Below, one piece after another: positions 50,307 to 61,745 of a DNA stretch of 64,000 nt (the stretch's first letter is position 1; each line of letters begins with the position of its first letter). The position numbers were made by a program, and so were the translations under genes. Origin of the DNA: a virus (taxonomy: Duplodnaviria > Caudoviricetes); the IMG/VR virus record IMGVR_UViG_651703056_000001, positions 1-64,000 of that record; one strand, given 5' to 3'. The notes below the pieces were generated by a model that worked only from the letters and a program-made list of their open reading frames with translations, was not told the DNA's origin and searched no databases.

Positions 50307-50379
50307 TACTTTTCTCTTGACAAAGGAAATTAGTTATGGTATAATATATTATAACCGATTGAAAGGAATGGTATTAACA

Positions 50380-52335
50380 TTGACAGAAAAAATTAGAAAG
50401 CTGAGCAATCGTGACCAAGCTCGTGAAAAGATTGCGGTATGGTACGGTTCAGCAGATAACTACCAACATGGACTAAAAGAACTCCTAGCCAATGCAACAG
50501 ATGAAATTATTAATAATTTTGAAGAGGGAACTATTACGGTCAAGCTGAGTGAAGATGGTTCAACAGTAACTGTTACAGATACTGGTCGAGGTATTCCAAT
50601 TTCAGGCGAAACCGATGGAATCCCTAACTATGAATTACTGTTTTTGACTCTCTTTGCAGGAACTAAGTATGGAGATAGTGGAGTAACAAATGGAACTTAT
50701 ACAGGCTCAAACGGTGTAGGTACTACAGTTCTTAACTATACGTCAGTTCTTTTTGAAGTAACATCAATTATTAAGGGAGTTAAATACCATATTAAATTCA
50801 CTAATGGTGGTGAAGTCACAGAGGATTTAACAGAAGAAAAGACAAGTGATATTGATGGAACAACTGTGACATTTTCACTTGACCCAACAGTTTATACAAA
50901 AACAATCTTTAAAGATGAAGATGTCCGTGAGATTGCACACCGTTATGCTGTTAGTTCAAACAAGATTACAGTCGATTATATTCATGGAGAAACTGAATTA
51001 ACATATCATTATACAGATTTGAAAGAATATTATTCAGAACTTACAAGTGCTGTCAACACAAGTGGGATTGTCTTTGGTGATTTGGTTGAGTATCAAGATA
51101 CAATTACGAGTAATCAACATGATGTTTTCACATCTCATGAAGAATTAACTTCTCTTTCGATTGCATTATCAACCTCAACAACACCGACACAAGAATCTTA
51201 CTTAAACTTAAACTATTTGCCTAACGGTGGGAAGATTAACGAAGGAATCATTAATGGTATTAAACTTTACGTTAATAAATACTGTCGTGCAAATAATCTT
51301 TTTCCTAAGAAAGTCAACTCTTTCTCAGACTCAGACATCACAGAATCATTTAGTTTCGTAGCTGTTATGTTTTCAAACAATGTTGAGTTTGCAAATCAAA
51401 CTAAATTCTCTACAAATAAAGAACTATATAAAGAAGTTGCTAAACGCAGGGTTACACAAATCTTAGAAGTCACAGAGATTGAAGACCCTAAAAACTTTAA
51501 AGACATTATTAATCACTTATTGCTTGTTCAAAAAGAGAATACAGTCAACGCTAAACACAAAGAGAAACTTAAAAAGAAATTGACTGAAAAAGTAGATACA
51601 ATGTCAAATCGTATTGACAAGCTAGTTGACTCTCGTGTTCACGGAGAAGAAGCGGAGCTTTATCTAGCAGAGGGAGATTCAGCTCATGGTTCAGTAGTTT
51701 CAGCTCGTGATAGTAAGTTCCAAGCAAGTATGCCTATGGGCGGTAAGTTCCTTAACGTTGAAAAGGCAATGAACATTGAGGATATTGTTAATAATGAAAC
51801 AATTATGAATGTTATTAAAGCACTTGGTTGTGGAATTGATTTAGGTAAGAAACAAAAAGACTTGCCTAAATTCGACATTACTAAGCTACGCTATGGAAAA
51901 ATTATTTGTGCATCAGATGAAGACCCAGATGGTGCACAAATTCAATGCTTAATTATCACTCTGTTTTATAAGTTAATGCCAGAAATTATTCATACTGGTC
52001 GCCTATACTTGGCTCAAACACCTTTGTTTGAAATTAAGCTTAAGGATGACTCAGTTCTGTATGCTTATACAGATGAGGGACGTGATGAAATTCTTAAAGA
52101 ACAAGGGAGTAAAGTGGTTCAATACACACGAGCAAAAGGCCTTGGGGAGCTGGATGCACACATTATGGCTGAGACAGCAATGAATCCTGAAACTCGTCAC
52201 TTGACACGTGTCACAATTGAAGAAGCTAAACATGCAGAACAGGCTATCGTTGACTGGATGGGTACAAACGTAGACAATCGTAAACTATTCATTTCACGAA
52301 ACCTTAATAAATTTACTAAAGAAGGGTTAGAATAA
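50380..52335 (+). CDS. gyrB: Type II topoisomerase subunit B (GyrB/ParE-like)
   Basis: E..AN.TDE, DTGRGIP, GxxGVG, EGDSA, PMGGKFLN, SDEDPDG, KGLGE; start taken at TTG 50380. Confidence 0.92.
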   Translation: MTEKIRKLSNRDQAREKIAVWYGSADNYQHGLKELLANATDEIINNFEEGTITVKLSEDGSTVTVTDTGRGIPISGETDGIPNYELLFLTLFAGTKYGDSGVTNGTYTGSNGVGTTVLNYTSVLFEVTSIIKGVKYHIKFTNGGEVTEDLTEEKTSDIDGTTVTFSLDPTVYTKTIFKDEDVREIAHRYAVSSNKITVDYIHGETELTYHYTDLKEYYSELTSAVNTSGIVFGDLVEYQDTITSNQHDVFTSHEELTSLSIALSTSTTPTQESYLNLNYLPNGGKINEGIINGIKLYVNKYCRANNLFPKKVNSFSDSDITESFSFVAVMFSNNVEFANQTKFSTNKELYKEVAKRRVTQILEVTEIEDPKNFKDIINHLLLVQKENTVNAKHKEKLKKKLTEKVDTMSNRIDKLVDSRVHGEEAELYLAEGDSAHGSVVSARDSKFQASMPMGGKFLNVEKAMNIEDIVNNETIMNVIKALGCGIDLGKKQKDLPKFDITKLRYGKIICASDEDPDGAQIQCLIITLFYKLMPEIIHTGRLYLAQTPLFEIKLKDDSVLYAYTDEGRDEILKEQGSKVVQYTRAKGLGELDAHIMAETAMNPETRHLTRVTIEEAKHAEQAIVDWMGTNVDNRKLFISRNLNKFTKEGLE

Positions 52336-52336
52336 A

Positions 52337-54451
52337 ATGGAAATTGTAGAAAAGGAATTACAACATATTGTGACGGACAATATGGGTCAATATTCAACAT
52401 ATGTACTACTTTCACGTGCTATTCCTGATTTTCGAGACGGATTAAAACCATCTTATCGAAGAATTTTATGGGCTATGCAAGAAATGAAAGCTACAAGATT
52501 TACAAAATCATTTAACGTAGCTGGTGCAGTCATGCTTTATCACCCTCACGGTTCAACATATCCAACTATGGTTGGTATGGCTCAGAAAGATAGCCAACTA
52601 AATCCTATGGTTATAGGAAAGGGGAACTTCGGACAACATGCAAGCGAATTAGCCTTTGGTGCTGAACGTTATACAGAAGTTAAACTTTCTGCTATTGGTC
52701 TCGACATGATGGCTGATGTTAAAAAGGGCGGTGTTGACTTCATTGATAACTATGATGGTACACGTAGGATTCCAGAAGTGTTTCCAGTTAAATATCCAAC
52801 TATATTAGCTTATGCTCAATCAGGAATTGGTGTAGGATTTAGTTCAAGTATTCCTTCATTTAACACAACCGAATTGTGTGAAGCTATTATTAAACGAATT
52901 GAAGATAATGAACAGACATTGCTTATTCCCGACTTTGGTACTGGTGCTTATATTATCAATGACCCTGATGTTATCAAGTCAATCAATGAAAATGGTAGTG
53001 GTTCAATCAATCAACGTGCTAAAGTTGAGTTTGATAAAGATAGTCGTGAGATTATTGTTAAAGAAATTCCTTATGGAACAACAAAAGAGAAAATCATCGA
53101 ACGTATTATTAAATTAAATAAAGAAGATAAGCTCAAAGAAGTTGCTAAAGTAGAAGATACAAGTGGATTGAAAGGTCTTGAAATTGTTATCACAGCTAAA
53201 CGTGGTGTTGACCTTGAACAACTACTTGAAAAACTTTATCAAATGACACCGATGCAAGCAAGCTATTCTACCAACTTAATGGTTATTAATCGTGAAGGAT
53301 TACCAGAAAAAATGGGTGTATGGACACTTATTGCTAAGTGGTTAGATTGGCGCACAGATACATACCAACGTATGATTACAAAAGATATTCAAACTAAACA
53401 AGTACAGCTTGAAATTTTGTACGGATTGGAAAATATCAAAGATGATTTGGAACATGTAATCAAAATTATTCGTAATTCTACAGATGATAATGTCATTCAA
53501 AATCTATCTAGCGAGTTTAATTTGAGTAAACTTCAAGCAGAACGTGTTTCAGGGTTGAAGCTTAAAAATCTTACAACTACTTTCATTAAAAAACAATTGA
53601 GTAGTATTAAGAGTCTCGAAAAAGAAATTGAACAACTTGAATGGACAGTTGAAAAACCTCAGCGTATCCATAAATTGATTGTTCAAGATATGAAAGATGT
53701 TATTGCTCAATTTGGAACACCTCGTAAATCACAACTCATTGACAAATCTATAGTAGCTAAGAAAGCAAAACTTTCTCCTGTAAATACTGTAGAAGAATAT
53801 AATGTAAAAGTTATTGTAACTAAAGATGGTTATGTTAAAAAGATTCCTTTGACTTCTCTTCGTGGTAATGCAGAGATTCAATTTAAAGAAGGAGATACCC
53901 CCACATCAGAAATTGATACTGATAATGGAGAAGAACTTCTTATCTTCACAAATAAACAGAATGTTTATAAGAAACAACTTAATGATTTGAGTGATACTAA
54001 ACCAAAAGATTTAGGTAATTACATTCCATCTCTAATTGATTTAGAAAAGGGCGAAGAAATTAAGGGTATTATAACGCTTTCTAAGGACACCAAATACGTT
54101 CTTTTGGGATTTGAAGACGGAAAGGTCGCTAAAGTCAACGTAGAGGCTTATAGAACGTCCACAAAGCGTTCTAAACTTAAGAATGGTGTAGTTGGTAAAA
54201 TGATAGTTTTACTGACGACATTAACTGACGATGTAGATATTATGTCTATCTCTGAAAGTAATAAAGCTATCGTTACTAACACATCTATGATTTCTGCTAA
54301 AAATTCTAAAGCAACACAAGGTATTACTAACCAAAAATTAAAAGAAGGAGAATCAATTAAGAAATTACTTGTTCTTCAAGAAGATGAAGAGGATAATCGA
54401 GAATATTATCGTGTACAATCAGCGGGTGCTGGTAAGAAATTTAAAGGATAA
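52337..54451 (+). CDS. gyrA: Type II topoisomerase subunit A (GyrA/ParC-like)
   Basis: RAIPDFRDGLKP..RRIL, YHPHG, GKGNFG, AERYTE catalytic Tyr. Confidence 0.92.
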   Translation: MEIVEKELQHIVTDNMGQYSTYVLLSRAIPDFRDGLKPSYRRILWAMQEMKATRFTKSFNVAGAVMLYHPHGSTYPTMVGMAQKDSQLNPMVIGKGNFGQHASELAFGAERYTEVKLSAIGLDMMADVKKGGVDFIDNYDGTRRIPEVFPVKYPTILAYAQSGIGVGFSSSIPSFNTTELCEAIIKRIEDNEQTLLIPDFGTGAYIINDPDVIKSINENGSGSINQRAKVEFDKDSREIIVKEIPYGTTKEKIIERIIKLNKEDKLKEVAKVEDTSGLKGLEIVITAKRGVDLEQLLEKLYQMTPMQASYSTNLMVINREGLPEKMGVWTLIAKWLDWRTDTYQRMITKDIQTKQVQLEILYGLENIKDDLEHVIKIIRNSTDDNVIQNLSSEFNLSKLQAERVSGLKLKNLTTTFIKKQLSSIKSLEKEIEQLEWTVEKPQRIHKLIVQDMKDVIAQFGTPRKSQLIDKSIVAKKAKLSPVNTVEEYNVKVIVTKDGYVKKIPLTSLRGNAEIQFKEGDTPTSEIDTDNGEELLIFTNKQNVYKKQLNDLSDTKPKDLGNYIPSLIDLEKGEEIKGIITLSKDTKYVLLGFEDGKVAKVNVEAYRTSTKRSKLKNGVVGKMIVLLTTLTDDVDIMSISESNKAIVTNTSMISAKNSKATQGITNQKLKEGESIKKLLVLQEDEEDNREYYRVQSAGAGKKFKG

Positions 54452-54469
54452 AAAACAAGGAGAGTTTAC

Positions 54470-55312
54470 ATGGATTTTATAAAATCGCCACTGAATTATA
54501 CAGGTGGAAAATTTAAACTGTTGCCAAAAATAATGCCACTGTTTTACGAAGCAGAGACATTTATTGATTTGTTTGGTGGCGGTGGTAATGTTGGAATTAA
54601 TTCTAAGAGTGAAAAAATTATTATTAACGATAGAGAAAAAGTTGTAATTGATTTTTTCAAAAAAACACAAAAACTCTCGATAGAAGATGTTCTTGAATCA
54701 ATTAAAGGCTATATTGAAACTTATGATTTAAGTAAAGTGAATCAAGAAGGTTTTTTAAAGATTAGAAAAGATTACAATGCTTCAAAAGAAAAAGACCCAT
54801 TAATGTTCTATACAATGCTAATGTATTCTTTTAATTATCAAATTAGATTTAATTCTAAAGGTGAATACAATATGCCATTTGGAAAAGACCGCAGTAGTTT
54901 CAATAAAAATACTGAAAAGAATATCCGAAATTTCCACAATGCGATTATCTCTAAAAAAATTATTTTTACAAATAATGATTTCAGAGATATAAAAGTGGAA
55001 AAAATTAATAGTGATACAATGGTCTATTGTGACCCACCATATTTAATTACTACTGCTTCATACAATGAAAATGGTGGCTGGACAGAAAAAGAAGAGATAG
55101 ATTTATTGAATTTACTAGATGAATTAAATGATAAAAATATTAAATTCGCTTTATCAAATGTCCTTGAACATAAAAATAAAAAAAATACCATACTAATAGA
55201 ATGGTCTAAAAAATATAATATACATTTCTTAGATATGAATTATAACAATAGTAATTACCAAAGTACGGCTAATCAGGCTAAAACAGTAGAAGTACTTATA
55301 ACAAACTATTAA
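54470..55312 (+). CDS. Orphan DNA adenine methyltransferase (Dam/D12 class)
   Basis: NYTGGK, DLFGGGG, YCDPPY, EVLITNY. Confidence 0.9.
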   Translation: MDFIKSPLNYTGGKFKLLPKIMPLFYEAETFIDLFGGGGNVGINSKSEKIIINDREKVVIDFFKKTQKLSIEDVLESIKGYIETYDLSKVNQEGFLKIRKDYNASKEKDPLMFYTMLMYSFNYQIRFNSKGEYNMPFGKDRSSFNKNTEKNIRNFHNAIISKKIIFTNNDFRDIKVEKINSDTMVYCDPPYLITTASYNENGGWTEKEEIDLLNLLDELNDKNIKFALSNVLEHKNKKNTILIEWSKKYNIHFLDMNYNNSNYQSTANQAKTVEVLITNY

Positions 55313-55337
55313 AAATAAGAAATTTAAAGGATAAAAA

Positions 55338-55980
55338 ATGGAAAAAACAATATTTAGTGTTATCAGAGGAGTTCTGATGACAGTAATCACAATAGGTTTA
55401 CTCTTGGGTTATATTTGGTTTACCTTTGATTTGAGTATGCTTGCATGGGGAACATTTCTTGCAGGAATTATGTTTCAGGGGACTGTAGTTATGTTGATAG
55501 TTGGCTTATGGTTAGAAATATTAAGTTATATCTTCTTCTTTGTCTTAGGTATGGCATTAATATTCTGGATATCAGTTTTATTTAATAAAATTGAAGAATA
55601 TATTTTCGAAGAAGGGAAAACACAAAATGATTAAAGTTTACAAATGTCGAGCACAAATTAATACACCTTATCTGACATCAAATTCACGTTCAGGATTCTT
55701 TAAAAAAGGAGAAGACTTTCTCATGTATCGTAGCTCAAAAGGTACATGGGTTGTAAGTTCTCCTAAGAACTCAACAATGCACACAAACGCTATTCCAATC
55801 AAACATGCTTTTGATACGAAGCGCTCATGGCTCTTAGACCTTAATATCACGAGTATTGTGAATATTTTTGAAGCACCAAACAAGACACATCTACGTCACT
55901 CATTCGCTCTATTCAAATACCCTAGCTTTGCAAATTTTGTAAATATAGAGAATTTTGAACTCAATCTTAAAGGAGAATAA
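55338..55980 (+). CDS. Membrane protein (55338..55634) and hypothetical protein (55591..55980)
   Basis: ORFs in operon. Confidence 0.55.
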
Positions 55981-55982
55981 TA

Positions 55983-56501
55983 ATGAACAAAATTAAAATT
56001 TACTTTGCCAGCCCATTATTTTCAGATATGGAACGTTGGTTCAATACCGATATTGTTGACAGCTTACGCTACACTCTTCCTGAAAATGTAGAGATTTATC
56101 TACCACAGGAAAATGAAGCAATTAATGATAAGTCAGGATATGCAAACTCTGTAATGATTGCAGAAGCTGATACAAATGAACTATTAAGTTCTGACTTTAT
56201 TGTAGCTGTCTTAGACGGTGCAACAATTGATGTTGGTGTAGCTAGTGAAATTGGAGTTGCCTATGCTAAAGGCATTCCAGTTATTGGTCTGTATTCAGAT
56301 TCACGTCAAGGTGCTTTTGGAAACACAAACAAAATCAATGCTCTTGAAGAAGTGGGAGAATCCCAATTCTCTTATATCAATCTCTATACTGTAGGATTAG
56401 TTAAATCCAACGGTGCTCTATTTAAAGATGTTAGCGACTGGTTCAACTACATTGTTGACGAAGCTAAAAAATTATCAGAAGAAAAGGAAACAAATGACTA
56501 A
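55983..56501 (+). CDS. Nucleoside 2-deoxyribosyltransferase family protein
   Basis: IYFASPLF, YLPQEN, D..., DVGVASEIGVAYA, NLY. Confidence 0.88.
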   Translation: MNKIKIYFASPLFSDMERWFNTDIVDSLRYTLPENVEIYLPQENEAINDKSGYANSVMIAEADTNELLSSDFIVAVLDGATIDVGVASEIGVAYAKGIPVIGLYSDSRQGAFGNTNKINALEEVGESQFSYINLYTVGLVKSNGALFKDVSDWFNYIVDEAKKLSEEKETND

Positions 56502-57153
56502 ACTAATTAACAAACCAGCGTTCCAATACGCATACATCACTATTATCGTGCTTGCTCAATTAGTAGTACTCTGTACAGTTCAAACACCTATTATTCAATG
56601 GGTCTCAGGTATTTCAGGTGCATTATATGTATCAACTTTAACGTTCAGTAAGAAATATACTTTCTTAGTTGCTCTTGTATTTAACACGACAATGTTATTT
56701 ATCGGTATTCAACATGGTATCTTATCTGAAAGTATTCAACAACCATTATTTATGGCAATGGGTATCATTGGATTCATTCACATGAACTTCAAAGGACGAT
56801 ACAAATTTATCAATAATACTCTTCAACGAATTAAAAATATTGAAGTTTGGAAAATTCTCTTACTTAGTGTGGTTGTTATGATAGTTTGGACTTTCATCTC
56901 TAAAGGTCTTGGTTCTCCCATTTGGTGGAAAGACGGAATCCTTGGTGGTGTAGCCATCTCAGCACAGTTATTCTCTATTGCAGGAAGCAAATATAGTTGG
57001 TTCTACTGGATGACACTAAATGCTCTTACAACTTGGACATGGTTTACCTTAGCGACACCTAATGTTACTATGGGTGTTCTATATCTAATCTTCCTTGTAA
57101 ACTCAATCTTTGGTTACGTTTTCTGGAATGTATCTAATAAAGAAATCCTTTAA
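56494..57153 (+). CDS. pnuC: PnuC-like nucleoside/NMN transporter
   Basis: Multiple TM helices; 'DG......AQ.......SW.YW..LN', 'N.IFGY..W'. Confidence 0.75.
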   Translation: MTKLINKPAFQYAYITIIVLAQLVVLCTVQTPIIQWVSGISGALYVSTLTFSKKYTFLVALVFNTTMLFIGIQHGILSESIQQPLFMAMGIIGFIHMNFKGRYKFINNTLQRIKNIEVWKILLLSVVVMIVWTFISKGLGSPIWWKDGILGGVAISAQLFSIAGSKYSWFYWMTLNALTTWTWFTLATPNVTMGVLYLIFLVNSIFGYVFWNVSNKEIL

Positions 57154-57256
57154 ATGAAGAAAAATACAGCCACAGTTAATTCTGTGGTTTTATGTTACTT
57201 GACAAACCATGAAAAATATGGTATAATATAACTTGTATAGAAATGGGAGGAAATAG

Positions 57257-60200
57257 ATGGACAATTTATTTGTTGTTAAGAAAAGAACAGATGAGAAACA
57301 AGAAAGGGTGACAGAGGAGTGGAACTTCGATAAGGTAATTTCTGCTTGTCAAAAGTCAGCCCAACACATAGACAAACCTCTAACTAAAGAACAAATCGCT
57401 AAGATTAAATCCTTGGTGGAACTTGCTATTGCTAAACGTAGAGACGATATTTTAGCTGATACAAGTATACAGCATGAAGATAAACTTCATTACATTAATG
57501 TGCGTGAAATTCACGATATTGTTTTGTTAGCTCTTAAACAAGTTGATACTGATATCTATGATTCATATCATGAATATCGAAATTATAAAATATCGCAAGA
57601 TAAGCATTATCGTGAACTATACAAGGATTTAGATAGTCTTAAGAATGGAATTTATACTGAGAATGCAAACAAAGATAGCTCTATTAATTCAACTAAACGT
57701 TCTCTTCTTGCTGAAATGACCCAGAAGAAAATTGTGACTGACTTTATTCTTCAAAAGAACTGGGCTAAGGCTCATGAAGAAGGATGGATTTATATTCATG
57801 ACTTAGGAGATTTATACTGGCGAAGTTTCAATTGTGATAACGTTGATTTAGCAAATATCATTAAGACTAAAAAGCAAAAAGACGGAGAGTATGCTTTTAC
57901 TTTAAATGGTATTAAATATCCTGAACCTAAATCAATTAGTTCAGCATTCAATTTAGTGGCAGATTTGATTTTACAGATGTCTAGCCAACAGCACGGAGGA
58001 CTGAGTGTCCAGAACTTTGACTATTTCCTAGCACCTTATGCAGAATTAACTTACGATAAAGCATTCAAAAGATATATGGAAAAGGGAATTGCATATGACA
58101 CATCACGTGAAATGGCAGAAGAAGATACTCTTTATGCAATCAAACAAGGTGTTCAAGGGTTTGAACTTGAAATAAGTACTATCTCTAATGCATTGGGACA
58201 AATTCCATTTACATCAATTGGTTTTGGATTAGATACATCGAAATGGGGTCGTGAAATTACTCGTGCCTTCTTGCTTGAGCGTTCTGAACCAGATTGTGTA
58301 CTTGTCTTTCCTAAATTAATTTTTGCTAGTGCTAAAGAAGTTAACTTGAATCCTGATTCACCTAACTATGATTTATTCCAATTGGCTATTAAATGCAGTT
58401 CAACTAAACTATATCCTGACTATGTTTCAATGGATAATGGTATTCTTGCTCCTGCGTACAGTCGTCACAAAGATGACCTAGACCAAATTTTATCAGTACC
58501 AATGGGTTAGTGAAAATGTAGCCCATTTAAAACCTTGTGAACCTCTCTTAGAGGGTGTGGATTAATATAATCTGCTAACAGTTAGGTCTTATTGATGTTT
58601 GTAGCAATCTTTAAGATGAGACTGTGCCAAGCCAAACTATGTTTGGAAGGTGCAACGACTATCCGTGATGAGTGTAGCGGAGCTTAGAAATAAGATATGT
58701 TTTAAAAACATATAGACCATGAGATAAGAACATGGTCGGAGCGCAAGGCAACTTTATGTTGATGATATAGTCTGTCCCATTGGTGACAATGGATTTTAGA
58801 GAAAATCATAACTCTAAACAAAGTATGTGCAGAAGCTACAATAATGTTGAATTTATTAATCCTTTAGAAGATTCAGAAGACTTCCAAAAAGAAGTTTATA
58901 AAGGACGTGGAAATGTTGGTGTAGTAACAATTAATTTCCCTAAAATTGCTATAGAATCAGGTGGTAACTGGAATAAATTCTATGAATTACTACATAAATA
59001 TACCAATATGACGATGGATATCTTAGATTGGAGATATTATTATGCTGGAGAGGCTAGAGCAGAAAGCAATCCTCTCATGTGGATGGAAGGTGGTGCATGG
59101 AGACGACTCAATCATGATGAAAAAATCTCTAAAACAATCTTTAATTTCACTGCCTCTGTTGGTATTATTGGGTTCAATGAAGCTTTGAACTACATGTATT
59201 TGAATAATGGGTATGAAGTTGATAACTTACCAAATTATAAGAGTGGTGAACAACGTCAACAAGACCAAATAAAATTCATGGAAGTACTTAATTCAATTAA
59301 AGAATTTAGAAATATCCATGATGCTGTTCGTATTGATGAAGAGGGTATTCAAACTCGTGTTTGGGATGATGAAGGAAACTTTATTAATCCAGACCCCGAT
59401 AAGAAATACCTTGAAGTTTATGAAAAGTTAGACACTACACGCAAAACAACTATTATCCCTCGTATGTATTCTATCTATGGAACACCTGCTGAATCTCTTG
59501 TGTATAAAATGATGAAGCAATTACAAGAACAGTATGGATTCATCAATGGTATTACATCTCAAGAAGATGGAAAAGGACGTAATTACATTACTAATTCATT
59601 CCACCAGCCAGTGTGGGTAGAATCAAATGTATTTGATAAGATTGATTTTGAAGCACCTTTCCATTTGGACAAAATGGCAAGTGGTGGACATATCAGTCAA
59701 AATGAATTTGCATATGGTACACCTGTGACAGTTCTTGAACAAACTGTTAAATATGCTATGGAACGAGGCATGTATTATGGGATTAATATCGCATCTAGTC
59801 ATTGTTTTGATTGTGGATGGAATGGAGAGACAGCAGACACTTGTGCTGAGTGTGGTTCAGAGAATGTAGTAACAATTCAACGTGTTTGTTTCACAGGAGA
59901 AAACCTTGTATTTACCGACAAGGGGTACGTAAAAATCAAAGATATCAAAGTGGGTGACAAGGTTTGGACAATGAATAAGAGATTTAAACCTGTCGTTCAA
60001 GTTGGTAAAAAAGAAGTAGAAAAAACAATTAATCTTAAAATTTCAGGAACAGAAGATGTTGTATCAACCTTAGACCATCCTTTCTTTGCTAAAAAAGATA
60101 AAAATTCAGAAACAGAATTAATCGAAGCACAAAACCTAACAAAAGACTCTTATATTGCAGTACCAATTAATCAAGAATCTATTGTTCCAAAAGTGGAAGG

Positions 60201-61074
60201 GTTGCCTGTTGAAGATAAAGATTTCTGGTGGTTAGTTGGTCGTTATTTAGGTGACGGTTGGGTCAAACAACATAGTGAAAACTCTATTAGAAGTTATATT
60301 TGTGTTGGGAAAGACGATTCTAATGGTATTGAAAAAATTCAATATGTAATAGATAAGTTTAACCTTGGCTATACAGATAAAAGAGAGACTCGAACTACAT
60401 ATATTTGGTCGACGTTTGATAAAACATTTAATAATTTTATGAAACAAATGGGACATAGAGCTGAAAATAAACAGATTCCTGTGGAATGGCTTAATCTACC
60501 TATTGATTTGGCGAGAGAACTTCTTTATGGATATCTTTCTGCTGATGGGTGCGTTCATAATAATAAGCAAATTTGTAACTCTGTTTCTCGTAAATTGTTA
60601 TATGGAATTGGACAACTTGTATTAAAAGTTGAAAATAAAGGATATACTATTTACAAAAATAGAGATGCTGGAATTATGGAGATAGAAGGTAGAACAGTAA
60701 ACACCAAAGCGAGATATGACCTAAAATTCTCTTTAAACAAACCAACTATGAGTTTTGTTCAAAATGGTTATGCTTTCTTTAGAGTTAGAGGTTCTGAAAT
60801 TGTAGAAAAAAATGATACAGTTTACTCTTTGACAGTTTTAGATGATGCAAGTTATACTATTCAAAATCTACTTGTTAAGAATTGCGGTTACCTTTCTATT
60901 ACATCACGCAACGGACATAGTGTCGTAAATGCTGGTAAAACCGAAGAATTACTTGAACGTGTTAATCATGTTGGAAATGCTAAAAAAGAATACACTAAAA
61001 ACTTTGAGAAAAAACACGACATACAAAGAGATGTTGTATCTAAAGAGTTCTCAATGTTTGAAACAGGAGAATAA
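57257..61074 (+). CDS. nrdD: Anaerobic ribonucleotide reductase, join(57257..58507,58828..61074), with intein
   Basis: ATP cone, YIHDL, QHGG, FPKL, YPD, spliced PMG|CRS, GRGN.GV.TIN, TPAESL, Y.TNSFH, GGHI, CxxC-CxxC, RV|CGYL. Confidence 0.95.
58508..58827 (+). mobile_element. Group I intron (320 nt, no ORF) in nrdD
   Basis: P1 ATGGGT|...GCCCAT with U.G at the 5' splice site, CAACGACTA / GATATAGTCT P7 elements, terminal G, restores MGCRS in frame. Confidence 0.92.
59887..60882 (+). mobile_element. Intein (332 aa, LAGLIDADG) in nrdD glycyl-radical loop
   Basis: CFTGENLV...STLDHPF...GRYLGDG...GYLSADG...VYSLTV...LLVKN|C. Confidence 0.92.
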
Positions 61075-61670
61075 TGGCTTATATACACCAAATAAATGCT
61101 ATGGACTTTGAGAACAGCTTCCAAGAGGGCGGATTTAGACACGATAAACAATCTAAAATCCCTGTGGGGGCTGTTGTTTCAGTCTTTATAAACTACTGTT
61201 CATTCCATTGTTTGGGATGTTGGAATAGTGATACGTGGGATAGGAAGGATGACCTTTACATTCCAGATGAAAAAGTTGCAGAACAAATCATCGAAGGATT
61301 AGACCAGTTTGACTTAAATCCATCGATAGGGTTGAGTTTCTTGGGTGGCGACCCTATTTTACCACAGAATGCAGAATCAACAGCTAATATAATTAGACTT
61401 GTTTTAGAGAAGAGACCTAATGTTGTTATTGGTTTATGGACTGGATATAAATTTGAATATCTTTTAAAACATGCTGATGAGAACCAAAAATACATTTTAA
61501 AGCATATAGATGTTATCATTGATGGCAGATTTATTGAAAAGAAAAAGATAGCAAACAAAAGATATGGTTCTTATAACCAACGAGTTATTAATGTTCCTGA
61601 GTCATTAAAAGAGGGTCAAACAGTAATTACAGAATTTTATAAACAAGATATGAAAGATTTTCCAGTATAA
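61074..61670 (+). CDS. nrdG: Anaerobic RNR activating enzyme (radical SAM)
   Basis: CSFHCLGC, LGGDP, WTGY, DV.IDGRF, GS.NQR. Confidence 0.92.
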   Translation: MAYIHQINAMDFENSFQEGGFRHDKQSKIPVGAVVSVFINYCSFHCLGCWNSDTWDRKDDLYIPDEKVAEQIIEGLDQFDLNPSIGLSFLGGDPILPQNAESTANIIRLVLEKRPNVVIGLWTGYKFEYLLKHADENQKYILKHIDVIIDGRFIEKKKIANKRYGSYNQRVINVPESLKEGQTVITEFYKQDMKDFPV

Positions 61671-61745
61671 ATTTAAAAGCTATTCCTTGACGGGGGTAGC
61701 TTTTTGTGGTATAATAGTATTAACATAAAATGAAAAGAGTGAATA

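Noticed and set aside
50317-50379. N-terminal extension of gyrB from the ORF track
   Set aside because: The TTG at 50317 is the -35 box of the promoter; the RBS lies at about 50362-50367
57257-58827. nrdD as a split pseudogene or amber-readthrough target
   Set aside because: The TAG is the first three bases of a group I intron (followed by TGA); splicing restores the frame
1109-61558. Numerous short antisense or alternate-frame ORFs within long genes
   Set aside because: Shadow ORFs of well-supported + strand genes; no independent promoter, RBS or motif
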